40,984 bases of DNA from a virus: positions 1-40,984 of the IMG/VR virus record IMGVR_UViG_3300019458_000015; one strand, 5' to 3'. Of the stretch, positions 15,238 to 23,544 are shown piece by piece. Numbering within the stretch: position 1 is the stretch's first letter; each line of letters opens with the position of its first letter. The notes under the pieces are model-generated. The model did not search any database. It had not been told where the DNA came from and saw nothing but the letters and a program-made list of their open reading frames with translations. A program made the position numbers and the translations under genes.

Positions 15238-15497
15238 GCAGTCTGGAGCAGGCCGTTGTAAAGGCCATCCTAGGGAGGTTGCCGTCGGTATTCCGCGACG
15301 GGTTCACCTACGGGGTCGCCTGGGAAAACGGTCCCGGTGACACCCTGATCGTGGGCTTCTACGCCACCAACAACGGCGCCATCGTGAGTGCCGTGTGGGG
15401 CGACGGTTTCTTCGCCAGGGACAGTGGAGCCTGGCCTCCCTGGGTCAGACAGGCAGCCGAATGCCTGGCTCGCGCCGAGGGCCTCATCGTCGCCTGA
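15234..15497 (+). CDS. Hypothetical protein (87 aa), member 3 of the triplet.
   Basis: ATGA overlap. C-terminus CLARAEGLIVA resembles that of member 1. Confidence 0.55.
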   Translation: MSSLEQAVVKAILGRLPSVFRDGFTYGVAWENGPGDTLIVGFYATNNGAIVSAVWGDGFFARDSGAWPPWVRQAAECLARAEGLIVA

Positions 15498-15510
15498 CTA
15501 CCAGAAGGAG

Positions 15511-15516
15511 TATAAT
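15511..15516 (+). promoter_or_regulatory. Perfect TATAAT 6 nt upstream of the ATG of the HTH gene, giving a possible leaderless transcript.
   Basis: AAGGAGTATAATCCGGGTATG. There is no -35 and no TG extension. Confidence 0.25.
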
Positions 15517-15522
15517 CCGGGT

Positions 15523-15741
15523 ATGGACCAGACCGAGGAGATCCTCACCACCGAGGAGGTCGCGCGAGTGATCGGCATCGGGCAGCGCCGGGTGCTGGTG
15601 CTCATCCAAACGGGCCGGTTCCCCGGCGCGTATCGCAAGGGACGGATGTGGTTGGTGCCTCGCAAGGCAGCAGCCAACTACCGCAAGCTCGACACCAGGG
15701 GTCGCCCCATCGGAGGCCCCTACTTTCAGGAGACACAATGA
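15523..15741 (+). CDS. Excisionase/MerR-type helix-turn-helix DNA-binding protein.
   Basis: LTTEEVARVIGIGQRRVLVLIQTGRFPGAYRKGRMWLVPRKA matches the HTH_17/excisionase-family pattern. TATAAT lies 6 nt upstream of the ATG. Confidence 0.6.
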   Translation: MDQTEEILTTEEVARVIGIGQRRVLVLIQTGRFPGAYRKGRMWLVPRKAAANYRKLDTRGRPIGGPYFQETQ

Positions 15742-16580
15742 CAGAGACACAGGAGAGACAGGAGAGCGCGGCCATCGAGGTTGCTGCTCCCACCAACGGC
15801 GCCCTGGCCCTGCCCGCTCACCCAATCCGGTGGTCGGCGGACCAGATCGCCGTGATGCAGCGGACCATCTGCTCGGAGCTGACGCCGGGCGAGCTGAAGT
15901 TGCTCCTCTACCGGGCCCAGGCGCTGAGCCTTGACCCGCTGGCGGGACAGATATTCGGCATCCCGCGCGGCCAGGGCAGCGACCGGAAGCTCACCATCCA
16001 GGTTGGCATCGAGGGCCTGCGGCTCATCAGCCGACGCACCGGACTGGATGCCGGGAAGACGGCGCCAGAGTGGTGCGGCGCCGACGGATGCTGGCTGGAT
16101 TTCTGGCCGTTCGACTATCCGCCCCTCGCGGCGAGGGTCGGGGTCAGGATCGTCGGGCAGGAGCACATCACGTGGGGCGTCGCCCACTACCGCGAATACG
16201 TCCAGCGGGACAGATCCGGTAAGGTCGTCGCGATGTGGGAGCGGATGCCCGCCAACCAGCTCGCGAAGTGCGCCGAGGCACAGGCACGACGCGCGGCATT
16301 CCCGGCAGAGCTGGCCGGGATCTACTGCCCCGAGGAGATGCCCGTGATCGACGTGACCATCGTCGAAGAGGGGCGGCAGGCACTGCCCGCACCGCGCCCG
16401 GCGACGCGCCCCGCTGCCAGCACGGCAGTCAGCGGCTGCTCGGGTTGCGGGGATCGGATCAGCCCGGCCGTGGCGAAGTTCAGCACGGAGAAGTGGGGCC
16501 GCGTGCTCTGCCTCTCGTGCCAGCAGGCCGCTAAGGACCAGGGGCAGGCACCTCCCGCAGTGGAGCAGGCCAATGCCTGA
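15738..16580 (+). CDS. recT: RecT/Bet-family single-strand annealing recombinase with a C-terminal CxxC...CxxC zinc ribbon.
   Basis: LLLYRAQALSLDPLAGQIFGIP, IQVGIEGLRLISRRTG and ANQLAKCAEAQARRAAFP match conserved RecT blocks. The C-terminus carries CSGCG...CLSC. Confidence 0.75.
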   Translation: MTETQERQESAAIEVAAPTNGALALPAHPIRWSADQIAVMQRTICSELTPGELKLLLYRAQALSLDPLAGQIFGIPRGQGSDRKLTIQVGIEGLRLISRRTGLDAGKTAPEWCGADGCWLDFWPFDYPPLAARVGVRIVGQEHITWGVAHYREYVQRDRSGKVVAMWERMPANQLAKCAEAQARRAAFPAELAGIYCPEEMPVIDVTIVEEGRQALPAPRPATRPAASTAVSGCSGCGDRISPAVAKFSTEKWGRVLCLSCQQAAKDQGQAPPAVEQANA

Positions 16581-16917
16581 AGAAAGGCATATCCTGATCT
16601 CATCCCAGCCACCTCCACTGGCAGCAGGCAATGTTGCGCCGTTCGGTCCGCTCGTGGTCCTGATGTTCGACGGACCGCTCCAGCCAGTCGCCTATCCGGC
16701 CAAGCTGGCGGTGGAGTTGGGTGTCAGGCTCATCCGCTGCGCCGTGCTGGCCGAACGCCGCCTCGACGAGGCGGTGCATTCCGGGGACGAAGCGCCCTGC
16801 GCCATCGACGAGATCGGCAAGGCGCGGGAGGCAGCCCTGGAGCGTGCCGTGGCAGAGAGCGAGGCGCAGGCCCAACGTCCCGAGATCGCCCTGCCGCCGG
16901 GCGTGAGGCTCAACTGA
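16573..16917 (+). CDS. Hypothetical protein (114 aa).
   Basis: Complete ORF overlapping both neighbours by a few nt. Confidence 0.5.
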   Translation: MPEERHILISSQPPPLAAGNVAPFGPLVVLMFDGPLQPVAYPAKLAVELGVRLIRCAVLAERRLDEAVHSGDEAPCAIDEIGKAREAALERAVAESEAQAQRPEIALPPGVRLN

Positions 16918-17684
16918 TGCCCGAGGAGACAGCACTGGCCCCAGTGGACCTCGACCAGGGCTACCTGGAAGATCCGCTCGGGACGTGGCGGGAGCTGCGG
17001 GTGCTGGGCTGGAGCGAGGAGCGCCTGGCTGAATTCCACGCCAGCGGGCTGGTGATCGACGACAGGGAACCCTGGCGCCCTCGCGACCTGGGAGCCCTGG
17101 AGTGGCTCATCGGCAAGATCCGCAGCCTGGAAGACCGGCGGGGGAGGGTCGCCGAACAGGCGGCCCGCCTCCGTGGGCAGCTCACGTCCAGCATCGACTA
17201 CCTGACCGGCATCCTCGAAAGCCCGGAGACCGCCGAGCTGCTCGGGAGCCTGCTGCCCAAGCGGCCCGCTGGCACCTACATCCGCAAGTCGATCGACACC
17301 CTGGAGGGACGCGTTACCCTGCATAAGAGCAGCGCCCGGCTCCAGATCGACGACCGGGACGCTGCGCTGCTCTACGTGGCGGAGCACGCCCCTGACGAGG
17401 TGCGCGACAAGAGCATCCGGGCGACCCTCACCCAGCAGCTCTGGGGCGACCTGGCGATGGAGTATGTCGGCTGGTCGACCCAGGGACAGCGCGAGGGAGA
17501 CAAGGGGACGGCCGTCAAGGTGGACCTGATGCTCGACGGCTGCAAGGAGTGGCTGCTCGGCCAGGTCACGCCCGCGACCACTCCCGAGGGAGAGGTCTAC
17601 GCCCACATCTGCCCGCCAGGGTGCCGGTGGAGCGAGGAACGCGACGACGTAGTGCTGGAAAAGAGAAAGGAGATCGAGCGATGA
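16917..17684 (+). CDS. Hypothetical protein, tentatively Mu Gam-like / Gp157-like recombination accessory.
   Basis: A coiled-coil segment is followed by RKSIDTLEGRVTLHKSSARLQIDDRDAALLYV, reminiscent of the Gam-like core. It sits between recT and rusA. The functional call is weak. Confidence 0.3.
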   Translation: MPEETALAPVDLDQGYLEDPLGTWRELRVLGWSEERLAEFHASGLVIDDREPWRPRDLGALEWLIGKIRSLEDRRGRVAEQAARLRGQLTSSIDYLTGILESPETAELLGSLLPKRPAGTYIRKSIDTLEGRVTLHKSSARLQIDDRDAALLYVAEHAPDEVRDKSIRATLTQQLWGDLAMEYVGWSTQGQREGDKGTAVKVDLMLDGCKEWLLGQVTPATTPEGEVYAHICPPGCRWSEERDDVVLEKRKEIER

Positions 17685-18112
17685 GGGCCCTCGTCTACGG
17701 CCCGCCGCCCACGATGGGCAACAAGGTCGCCTGCGTCACCCGCGACGGCAGGGCCTTCGTCCGTGAGCGGAACGACAACGGGCTGCGGAGCTGGCAGGGG
17801 GCGATGCGCGAAGCGATGCTCGCCGACCAGCCCCCTGAGATGCCGCAGGACGGGATCGCCGTGGCCGTCACGGTCGTCGTGGCCCGGCCGAAAGGGCACT
17901 TCGGCAAGCGCGGGCTGCTGCCGTCCGCCAGGCGGGCCCCGACGGTCAAGCCTGACGCCTGCAAGATCCAGCGGGCGCTCTATGACTGCCTCTCGGGGAT
18001 CTGGTGCCCGGATGACAGCCACGTCATCCAGGTCCAGTTCGCCAAGCGGTATCAGACGCCCGGCGATCCCCTCGACCAGCCACGGGTCGAGGTCTGGGCA
18101 CTAGCACTGTGA
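17681..18112 (+). CDS. rusA: RusA-family Holliday junction resolvase.
   Basis: VKPDACKIQRALYDCLSGIWCPDDSHVIQVQFAKRY matches the RusA core pattern (kPD..n..K...D.l......DDs.v......K). Confidence 0.65.
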   Translation: MRALVYGPPPTMGNKVACVTRDGRAFVRERNDNGLRSWQGAMREAMLADQPPEMPQDGIAVAVTVVVARPKGHFGKRGLLPSARRAPTVKPDACKIQRALYDCLSGIWCPDDSHVIQVQFAKRYQTPGDPLDQPRVEVWALAL

Positions 18113-18435
18113 CCAAGTGTGGCCCGCGCGACGCGCAGGTCGTGCTTGACAACAGCGGCACCTGGACGGCGCTCTGCTACGGCAGGCCGACCATCTGCCC
18201 AGACACGAGGCGGGAATTCTGGCCCCACGGGGCCTTCACCATCGGAGAGATGCGACCAGGCCGCAACGAGAAGTGGGCCTGGAACGCTCTCGACGCGTCC
18301 GGCTGGGGCTACAACTCGGCCGGGCTGCTCGTCTGCCCAGACTGTCTCGATGCCGAGACCGAAGGGGCGCGGCGGGCAAAACTACAGCGGGCACGGCCGC
18401 AGGAGACACGAGACACGAATGATGACCGACACTGA
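18109..18435 (+). CDS. Hypothetical Cys-containing protein (108 aa).
   Basis: GTG start overlaps the rusA stop (GTGA). Contains a CPDC motif. Confidence 0.5.
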   Translation: MTKCGPRDAQVVLDNSGTWTALCYGRPTICPDTRREFWPHGAFTIGEMRPGRNEKWAWNALDASGWGYNSAGLLVCPDCLDAETEGARRAKLQRARPQETRDTNDDRH

Positions 18436-18601
18436 AGAGCAGCTCAACGTTCGCGAAGTGCTCTGCCAGGCGCGAGAACTGAAGCTAGCTGTCTTCTTCT
18501 ACGCCAACCTGGCCATCCTGGTCCTCAACGCGTGGCTGCTGTGGACCGCCTGGATCGCCTGGCGGAACGCAGTGGCGATGACGGGGGTCGGGACTGGCTA
18601 G
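18419..18601 (+). CDS. Small membrane protein (60 aa).
   Basis: ATG at 18419 follows AGGAGACACGAGACACGA. One hydrophobic helix LAVFFYANLAILVLNAWLLWTAWIAW. Its stop shares the CTAG at 18598-18601 with the convergent gene. Confidence 0.5.
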   Translation: MMTDTEEQLNVREVLCQARELKLAVFFYANLAILVLNAWLLWTAWIAWRNAVAMTGVGTG

Positions 18602-21600
18602 AGCCCCCCGAGGGAACCGAGCCCGAGGCCACTGCCCCGGCGCCTGATCCCGATCCCGCGTAGGTATCGATCCCTCGCCGCAGCGCGAGCGTCCTTGATG
18701 GCATCCTCAAGGCGCTCGCGTTTTTTTTCGTCTGGCTGCTGGCCGTAGCCCGGCTTCGCCATCTCGCGCTCGATCTTTGTGCGCACGGCCGACCCGACCT
18801 CGGTCGTCATCTGCCGGAGCTGGGTCTGGGTGAGGCGTCGCTCTTCCCGGCCTTCCTTGAGGTCCGGCCGCAGGGACGACGGCCGGATGCCCAGGCGGGC
18901 CAGCTCGCGGTCTACCGGCTGCGCGTTGGCCCGTGATGCCCGCAGCGGAGAGAGGGCCGCGATCCCGCTCGGGCTGCGCGGGATCGGTCGCCCCAGGTTA
19001 TCCACCCTGGCAGGCAGCTTCTGCGAGAGACCAGGGATGCCCGACTGGATGTATTTCAGGGTCCGCTGGCTGCCCTCGGCGATGCCGTCGAACAAGCTCT
19101 CCGCCTTGCTCTCGTCCAGCTTCGTCTCCCGGAGGTTCGGATCGGTGATGTTCGTGACAAGCCGCTGTGCAGAGACCAGCGGCACGAACCCGCTGGCGGC
19201 ACGCTCGAAGAACCGCTGCCCCCATGTTTCCGGATCGCTGATCGCATTGTTCAGGTCGCGCAGCCCTGTGAGTGCGGTCGTGTCCACCATCGCGCTGCCG
19301 AGCGATGCCCCCACCGTCGCGATCCACTCGCTCGTCGGCTCCTTCTCGTTGCTCTCCCCCCGCTTCGCGAAGGCGGCAGCGATCACCAGCGGCTGTGCCA
19401 GTGGACCGAGGCGCAAGAACTCGACCCACTGGTTTCCGATCTTGACCGCCCACGGCTTCTTGCCCAGGCGGTAGAACTCTTCGCGGTCGGTGGCGTTCTT
19501 CGGAGCGGGCCCGGTGATCCCGCCAGTGGCGCCGTAGGCCAGCAGTGGGATGAGCGCCGCTGTCCCCAGCACGGCACGAGCGGCCAGATCGCTCATCGCC
19601 GCAGTGCCCCGCACGTCCCGCCGCAGGGCACCGACGATCAGCCCGGCTGGGGTGAACTCCAACCCCGCCTTCTGCAGGTAGTAGTTGGTCCGAACGAACG
19701 GCAAAATGACCCGCAGCGGTTTGGCTCCGCCGAGCACGTCCTCTCCAAGATTGGCGAACGCCATGATCCGGCGGAGGACCGGGTCGTCCCGGCCGGATCG
19801 TGACGATACGAACACGCCGTGACTGGCGGCGGCGTCGGCCTGCTCCAGCATCTGCTCCGTAGGTTCGCGCAGCAAGTGCTGGTAGCGCGAGGCGCGGGCG
19901 GCGCCGGAGAGCCCTTCCTGGGTGGCCTGACGGGCAGCCAGGGTGTGCAGCTCGGACGAGCGGATCATCTCCCGGTTGATGGCGTCGACGGCGGCCCGCT
20001 GCCGGAAGCTCTGGTTCCACGGGTTCCACCGGCCGCCCCGGAACTCGCGTCCGCGGCCTGCAGTATCGAGGCGCTCGGCCTGCTGCCGGGTCATGCCTTC
20101 CCGCATCACCTCGGCGGCATCCGAGAGACCGCGTCGGAACCCGACAGCCATTCCCACGATGCCAGGAACCACCTCGGCCATCTCGTAGCCGCGCGCCTGG
20201 CCGGTGACCCTGGCACGGCCCGCCTCGATCCCGGCCCGCAGCGGCGCCACGAGGCCGCGCTCCACCACGTTGTAGGCCAAGGTGCCGAGGAAGTCCTGGG
20301 CGGCGCCCACGGGGCTGGAGAGCAGGTTCGCCTGCTGATAGGATCGCAGGCGCTCGAAGAGCGGCACCTCGTTGGTCCGCCGCAGCAGCCGGGTCAGCTC
20401 GTAGGGGTCGTCGCCTGCACGCGACAGCGCCGCCAGCTCCTGCTCCAGTAGCTCGCGGTCGCCAGCAGCCCGGCGAAGCTGCTCCAGGGCCCGCATCCGA
20501 ATGTCCCGGTTCGGGTCGCGGGATGCACGCGCCATCTCCTGGAACTGGCGCAGGGCCCGGCCCGCCTCGGCGGTAGCGCCACGCAGCGCCAGGTCAACCA
20601 CCTGGAACTCCCGGAGTGCCGTCGCCACCCGCAGGTAGTCGGTCTCACCCCGCTCCGACCGGTCGAATGCCTGCTGGGCACGCCGGAACTTCTCACCCGC
20701 GGACAAGAGAGCCTCGCGCAGCGCGAAGATTTCACTGGCGTTCAGCGCCGTCCCCGGCCGGAGGTTCAGCTTGTCGACGTTGATCCCGAGGCGACGGCTC
20801 TCCTGGCGCATCTGGTCCATCGACTGGACGTTGCGGCGCTGCAGCTCGATCATCGCGCCCCGCTCCTCCACCTGCTGCAGCAAGAGGCTCCGGACCTGCT
20901 CCCCGTTCTCCAGGTTCTCGATGCGGATGTTCCCGGCGTAGGTCGGCTCGCCTTCCCCGGTCCGATACTCCTCGGGCGGCAGTCCGGACGGACGACGCTC
21001 CGGTATGGGGGTTCGCTCGATGGCGGTGCGGCCACCGGCTCGCGATGCGAACCGACCAGCGCTGTCGAGGATCTGCTGTCGCTGCTGCGGGGAGAGGCGC
21101 GACCACACCTGCGGGACGTCGCGGGCTACCCGGTCCAGGGCCTGCGCCGCCGTCATCCCGCCCTCGGCCAGGTAGTTACCGGCCAGCAGGGCCAGGTCCC
21201 GCAGTAACGCCGGGTCGACGCCGAGGCCGCCGGACATCAGGCCAGGAGACTTGATGCGGGCCAGGATGGCGGCCCGGTTGGCCCGGAGCTGTGCAATGGT
21301 CTTCTCGTAGCCCGGCGCCCCCTCGCCGCGCTCGGCGCCACGCCGGCCGCGCAATCTGGATGCTTCCGCTGCGTCTCCGGCAAGGTCAGCCGCTGCCGCC
21401 TGGTCATAGATCGCCTTGATCTGCGGGTCTCTGTCCGTGTAGGCCGAAATGTTGAGTTCCACGGTCCGCCGCCGCTCCTGCGCGATCCCCAGTGCGGCCC
21501 GGTGCATTCGGATCACCTGGTCGCGGGCGAGCTTGTTCCAGTGCGCGATCTCCTTCGACATCGCCTGTGCCCAATCCGGGAACTTGGAGACGCCGCGCAT

Positions 21601-23544
21601 CACCAGCCCAGCGCCGATCCTCGTCCAGTGGGGCAGGCTCTCGCTGATCTGTGCAGCCAGGTCAACCGGGTTGATCGCGGCACCGGCGCCGCCGGATCGC
21701 CCGCGCGGCAGGCGGGCGGCATACTTCTGCTCGACCCCCGCCAGGCCGGTGCGGCCTTCTTCGTAGAGGCTGTCCGCCGCCTCGCGCAGGCGAGTGCCGA
21801 GGTCCATCGGCCCGGCCGTCGGGTCCTGGGGGGCGATGGTGTCCACGTGGACCGGGGTGGCCCGCCCCTTCAGCGTGACCATCTCGCCGTCCACGCCCTC
21901 GACGACGTAGGTTCTGCGGGTCGGGTCGCCGCTGCGACGAGTGATCCTCACCTTCAGGCCCGGTGTGATCTCCGTGGGCTGGACTGGCGTCGTCGGGGGC
22001 CGCGTCTCGGCGATGGCTGGCAGGGCCAGGATCGGCCTGGCGACCTCGGGCGTGACCCCGGACCGCAGCGTGGGACTGTCGGGAGCGGCTCCTGGCGGCA
22101 AGGCCAGCATCGGGCGGATCGGTTCTTCGGTGGGGGGCTGCCCGACACGGACCGTATAGTCCGGGTTGGCCGCTGCCAGCGCTGGCCTCGCCTTTCGGTC
22201 TTCCATCTCTCGCAGGCCAGCGCGCAGCCGATCTATCTCTCGCAGGCCAACGCGTTCCTGAAACCTACCGAGCGCCCCAGGACCCCGCATGGCGCCCCCC
22301 AGGGCCTCGAACCCGGCGCCGAACACCAGGCCACCGACGCCACCAGCGAAGCCGCCCTGCTTTATCCGCTGAAGGCGCTCGCGTGGGGTCAGATCCTCCC
22401 CGATGTCCTGGAAGGCCTGCTCGGTGCCGCCGCCCACAACATTGCCGACGGTGCGAGCGGGAGACAGGAGCCGCGCGGTGATCCTGCCTGCTCCCGAGAG
22501 AGACTCGGCCAACGCAGGCCGGGCCCTGACGGCACCGGCAATCCCTTGCGCCCCACGGACGAATGTCGGGGTGTGGACCCTGGCCAGGGCGCTGGCCCCC
22601 TGACCGAACGCCCTGGCCAGCCCTGCCTTAGCCAGCCCGGCCCCGGCTCGCAGAGCGAGCGCCTCGGCGCCGCCACCCAGTAGCAGGCTCGCAGCCAGGG
22701 TGAAGAAGTCTTCGCTCGCCGCCTGGCTGTATTCCTCGGCAGCATCCACGTCCGCCGCCTTCCTGGCGAACACGTGTCCCAAGGCCTGGCGCTGCAGCGC
22801 CGTCAGCTCCGGGAACGCCCTGCGCAGAGCATCCGGCGTCAGTCGCTCGGCAGCGCGCTTTTCGTAGAGGGCCGTGATCTTTCGGGCCGCCTGGTAGACG
22901 CCGGGGGGGGTGATCATGGCGCCACCGCCCATAAACTTGCCCCCCTCCTCGATAAACAGGCGCTCGGCCTCGGCTTCCGCGGCCGGTCCACGCTTCGCCA
23001 GCAGTGGCGCGATCTCGCGGTCCCAATACCTGTCGAACCGGGGGCGCAGCGACCGGATCTCGGCGAGCTGCCTCTCTCGCTCCGCGTCGTCGTGCGACAG
23101 TTGCAAGGCGCCGCCTGGCGACTTCCGGACCGCCTCCCGGTAGCGGGCCCGCACCTTTTCGGCTGCCTTGTAGCTCTTTCTACTCATCGCCTGGGCGGTT
23201 TCCTGCCCAAGTCGGCCCAGGTCGATGAAGGGCTGATTGACACCAAGTGCCGTGCGGCCCACTCCGGCTATAGGGGCCTTCGGCCTGATTGCACCCCAGG
23301 TCTCGGGATCGAAGACGTCCTGCTGTTGCGGGTCCGCGCGCTGTGAGACCGCTCCCCTGGCACGGATGGCGGCCGGGCTCACGTCCGTGTAACGCGTTGG
23401 CTTGATGGGCGGGCTGTCGGTGACGCGCTTGAACTCAGCCGCTTGGAATGCGGCGATCTCTTCGGCGATCTGATCGGCAGTCTTGTAGCGCGGACGCGCC
23501 GAAGCGATCTCATCCGCCAGTTGATCCGCCGTCTTGTAGGGCAT
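18598..23544 (-). CDS. Very large (1648 aa) helical virion protein, putative internal/ejection (core) protein.
   Basis: Last gene of the late operon after two other Ala/Arg/Gly-rich proteins. The size series 198/534/1648 aa parallels T7 gp14/15/16. No enzymatic motif was recognised. Confidence 0.45.
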   Translation of the reverse strand: MPYKTADQLADEIASARPRYKTADQIAEEIAAFQAAEFKRVTDSPPIKPTRYTDVSPAAIRARGAVSQRADPQQQDVFDPETWGAIRPKAPIAGVGRTALGVNQPFIDLGRLGQETAQAMSRKSYKAAEKVRARYREAVRKSPGGALQLSHDDAERERQLAEIRSLRPRFDRYWDREIAPLLAKRGPAAEAEAERLFIEEGGKFMGGGAMITPPGVYQAARKITALYEKRAAERLTPDALRRAFPELTALQRQALGHVFARKAADVDAAEEYSQAASEDFFTLAASLLLGGGAEALALRAGAGLAKAGLARAFGQGASALARVHTPTFVRGAQGIAGAVRARPALAESLSGAGRITARLLSPARTVGNVVGGGTEQAFQDIGEDLTPRERLQRIKQGGFAGGVGGLVFGAGFEALGGAMRGPGALGRFQERVGLREIDRLRAGLREMEDRKARPALAAANPDYTVRVGQPPTEEPIRPMLALPPGAAPDSPTLRSGVTPEVARPILALPAIAETRPPTTPVQPTEITPGLKVRITRRSGDPTRRTYVVEGVDGEMVTLKGRATPVHVDTIAPQDPTAGPMDLGTRLREAADSLYEEGRTGLAGVEQKYAARLPRGRSGGAGAAINPVDLAAQISESLPHWTRIGAGLVMRGVSKFPDWAQAMSKEIAHWNKLARDQVIRMHRAALGIAQERRRTVELNISAYTDRDPQIKAIYDQAAAADLAGDAAEASRLRGRRGAERGEGAPGYEKTIAQLRANRAAILARIKSPGLMSGGLGVDPALLRDLALLAGNYLAEGGMTAAQALDRVARDVPQVWSRLSPQQRQQILDSAGRFASRAGGRTAIERTPIPERRPSGLPPEEYRTGEGEPTYAGNIRIENLENGEQVRSLLLQQVEERGAMIELQRRNVQSMDQMRQESRRLGINVDKLNLRPGTALNASEIFALREALLSAGEKFRRAQQAFDRSERGETDYLRVATALREFQVVDLALRGATAEAGRALRQFQEMARASRDPNRDIRMRALEQLRRAAGDRELLEQELAALSRAGDDPYELTRLLRRTNEVPLFERLRSYQQANLLSSPVGAAQDFLGTLAYNVVERGLVAPLRAGIEAGRARVTGQARGYEMAEVVPGIVGMAVGFRRGLSDAAEVMREGMTRQQAERLDTAGRGREFRGGRWNPWNQSFRQRAAVDAINREMIRSSELHTLAARQATQEGLSGAARASRYQHLLREPTEQMLEQADAAASHGVFVSSRSGRDDPVLRRIMAFANLGEDVLGGAKPLRVILPFVRTNYYLQKAGLEFTPAGLIVGALRRDVRGTAAMSDLAARAVLGTAALIPLLAYGATGGITGPAPKNATDREEFYRLGKKPWAVKIGNQWVEFLRLGPLAQPLVIAAAFAKRGESNEKEPTSEWIATVGASLGSAMVDTTALTGLRDLNNAISDPETWGQRFFERAASGFVPLVSAQRLVTNITDPNLRETKLDESKAESLFDGIAEGSQRTLKYIQSGIPGLSQKLPARVDNLGRPIPRSPSGIAALSPLRASRANAQPVDRELARLGIRPSSLRPDLKEGREERRLTQTQLRQMTTEVGSAVRTKIEREMAKPGYGQQPDEKKRERLEDAIKDARAAARDRYLRGIGIRRRGSGLGLGSLGGL

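Noticed and set aside
15523-15741. The excisionase-type HTH as evidence of a temperate lifestyle or integration module.
   Set aside because: No tyrosine or serine recombinase, repressor/antirepressor pair or att-like repeat was recognisable. The HTH fold alone is generic.
18598-23544. The 1648-aa helical protein as a siphovirus tape measure.
   Set aside because: It is the last gene of the late operon. It follows fibre-like genes and an 804-aa tail protein, not a tail-tube/chaperone set. No frameshifted chaperone pair or tube or sheath candidates were seen. The internal/ejection protein reading fits better but remains unproven.
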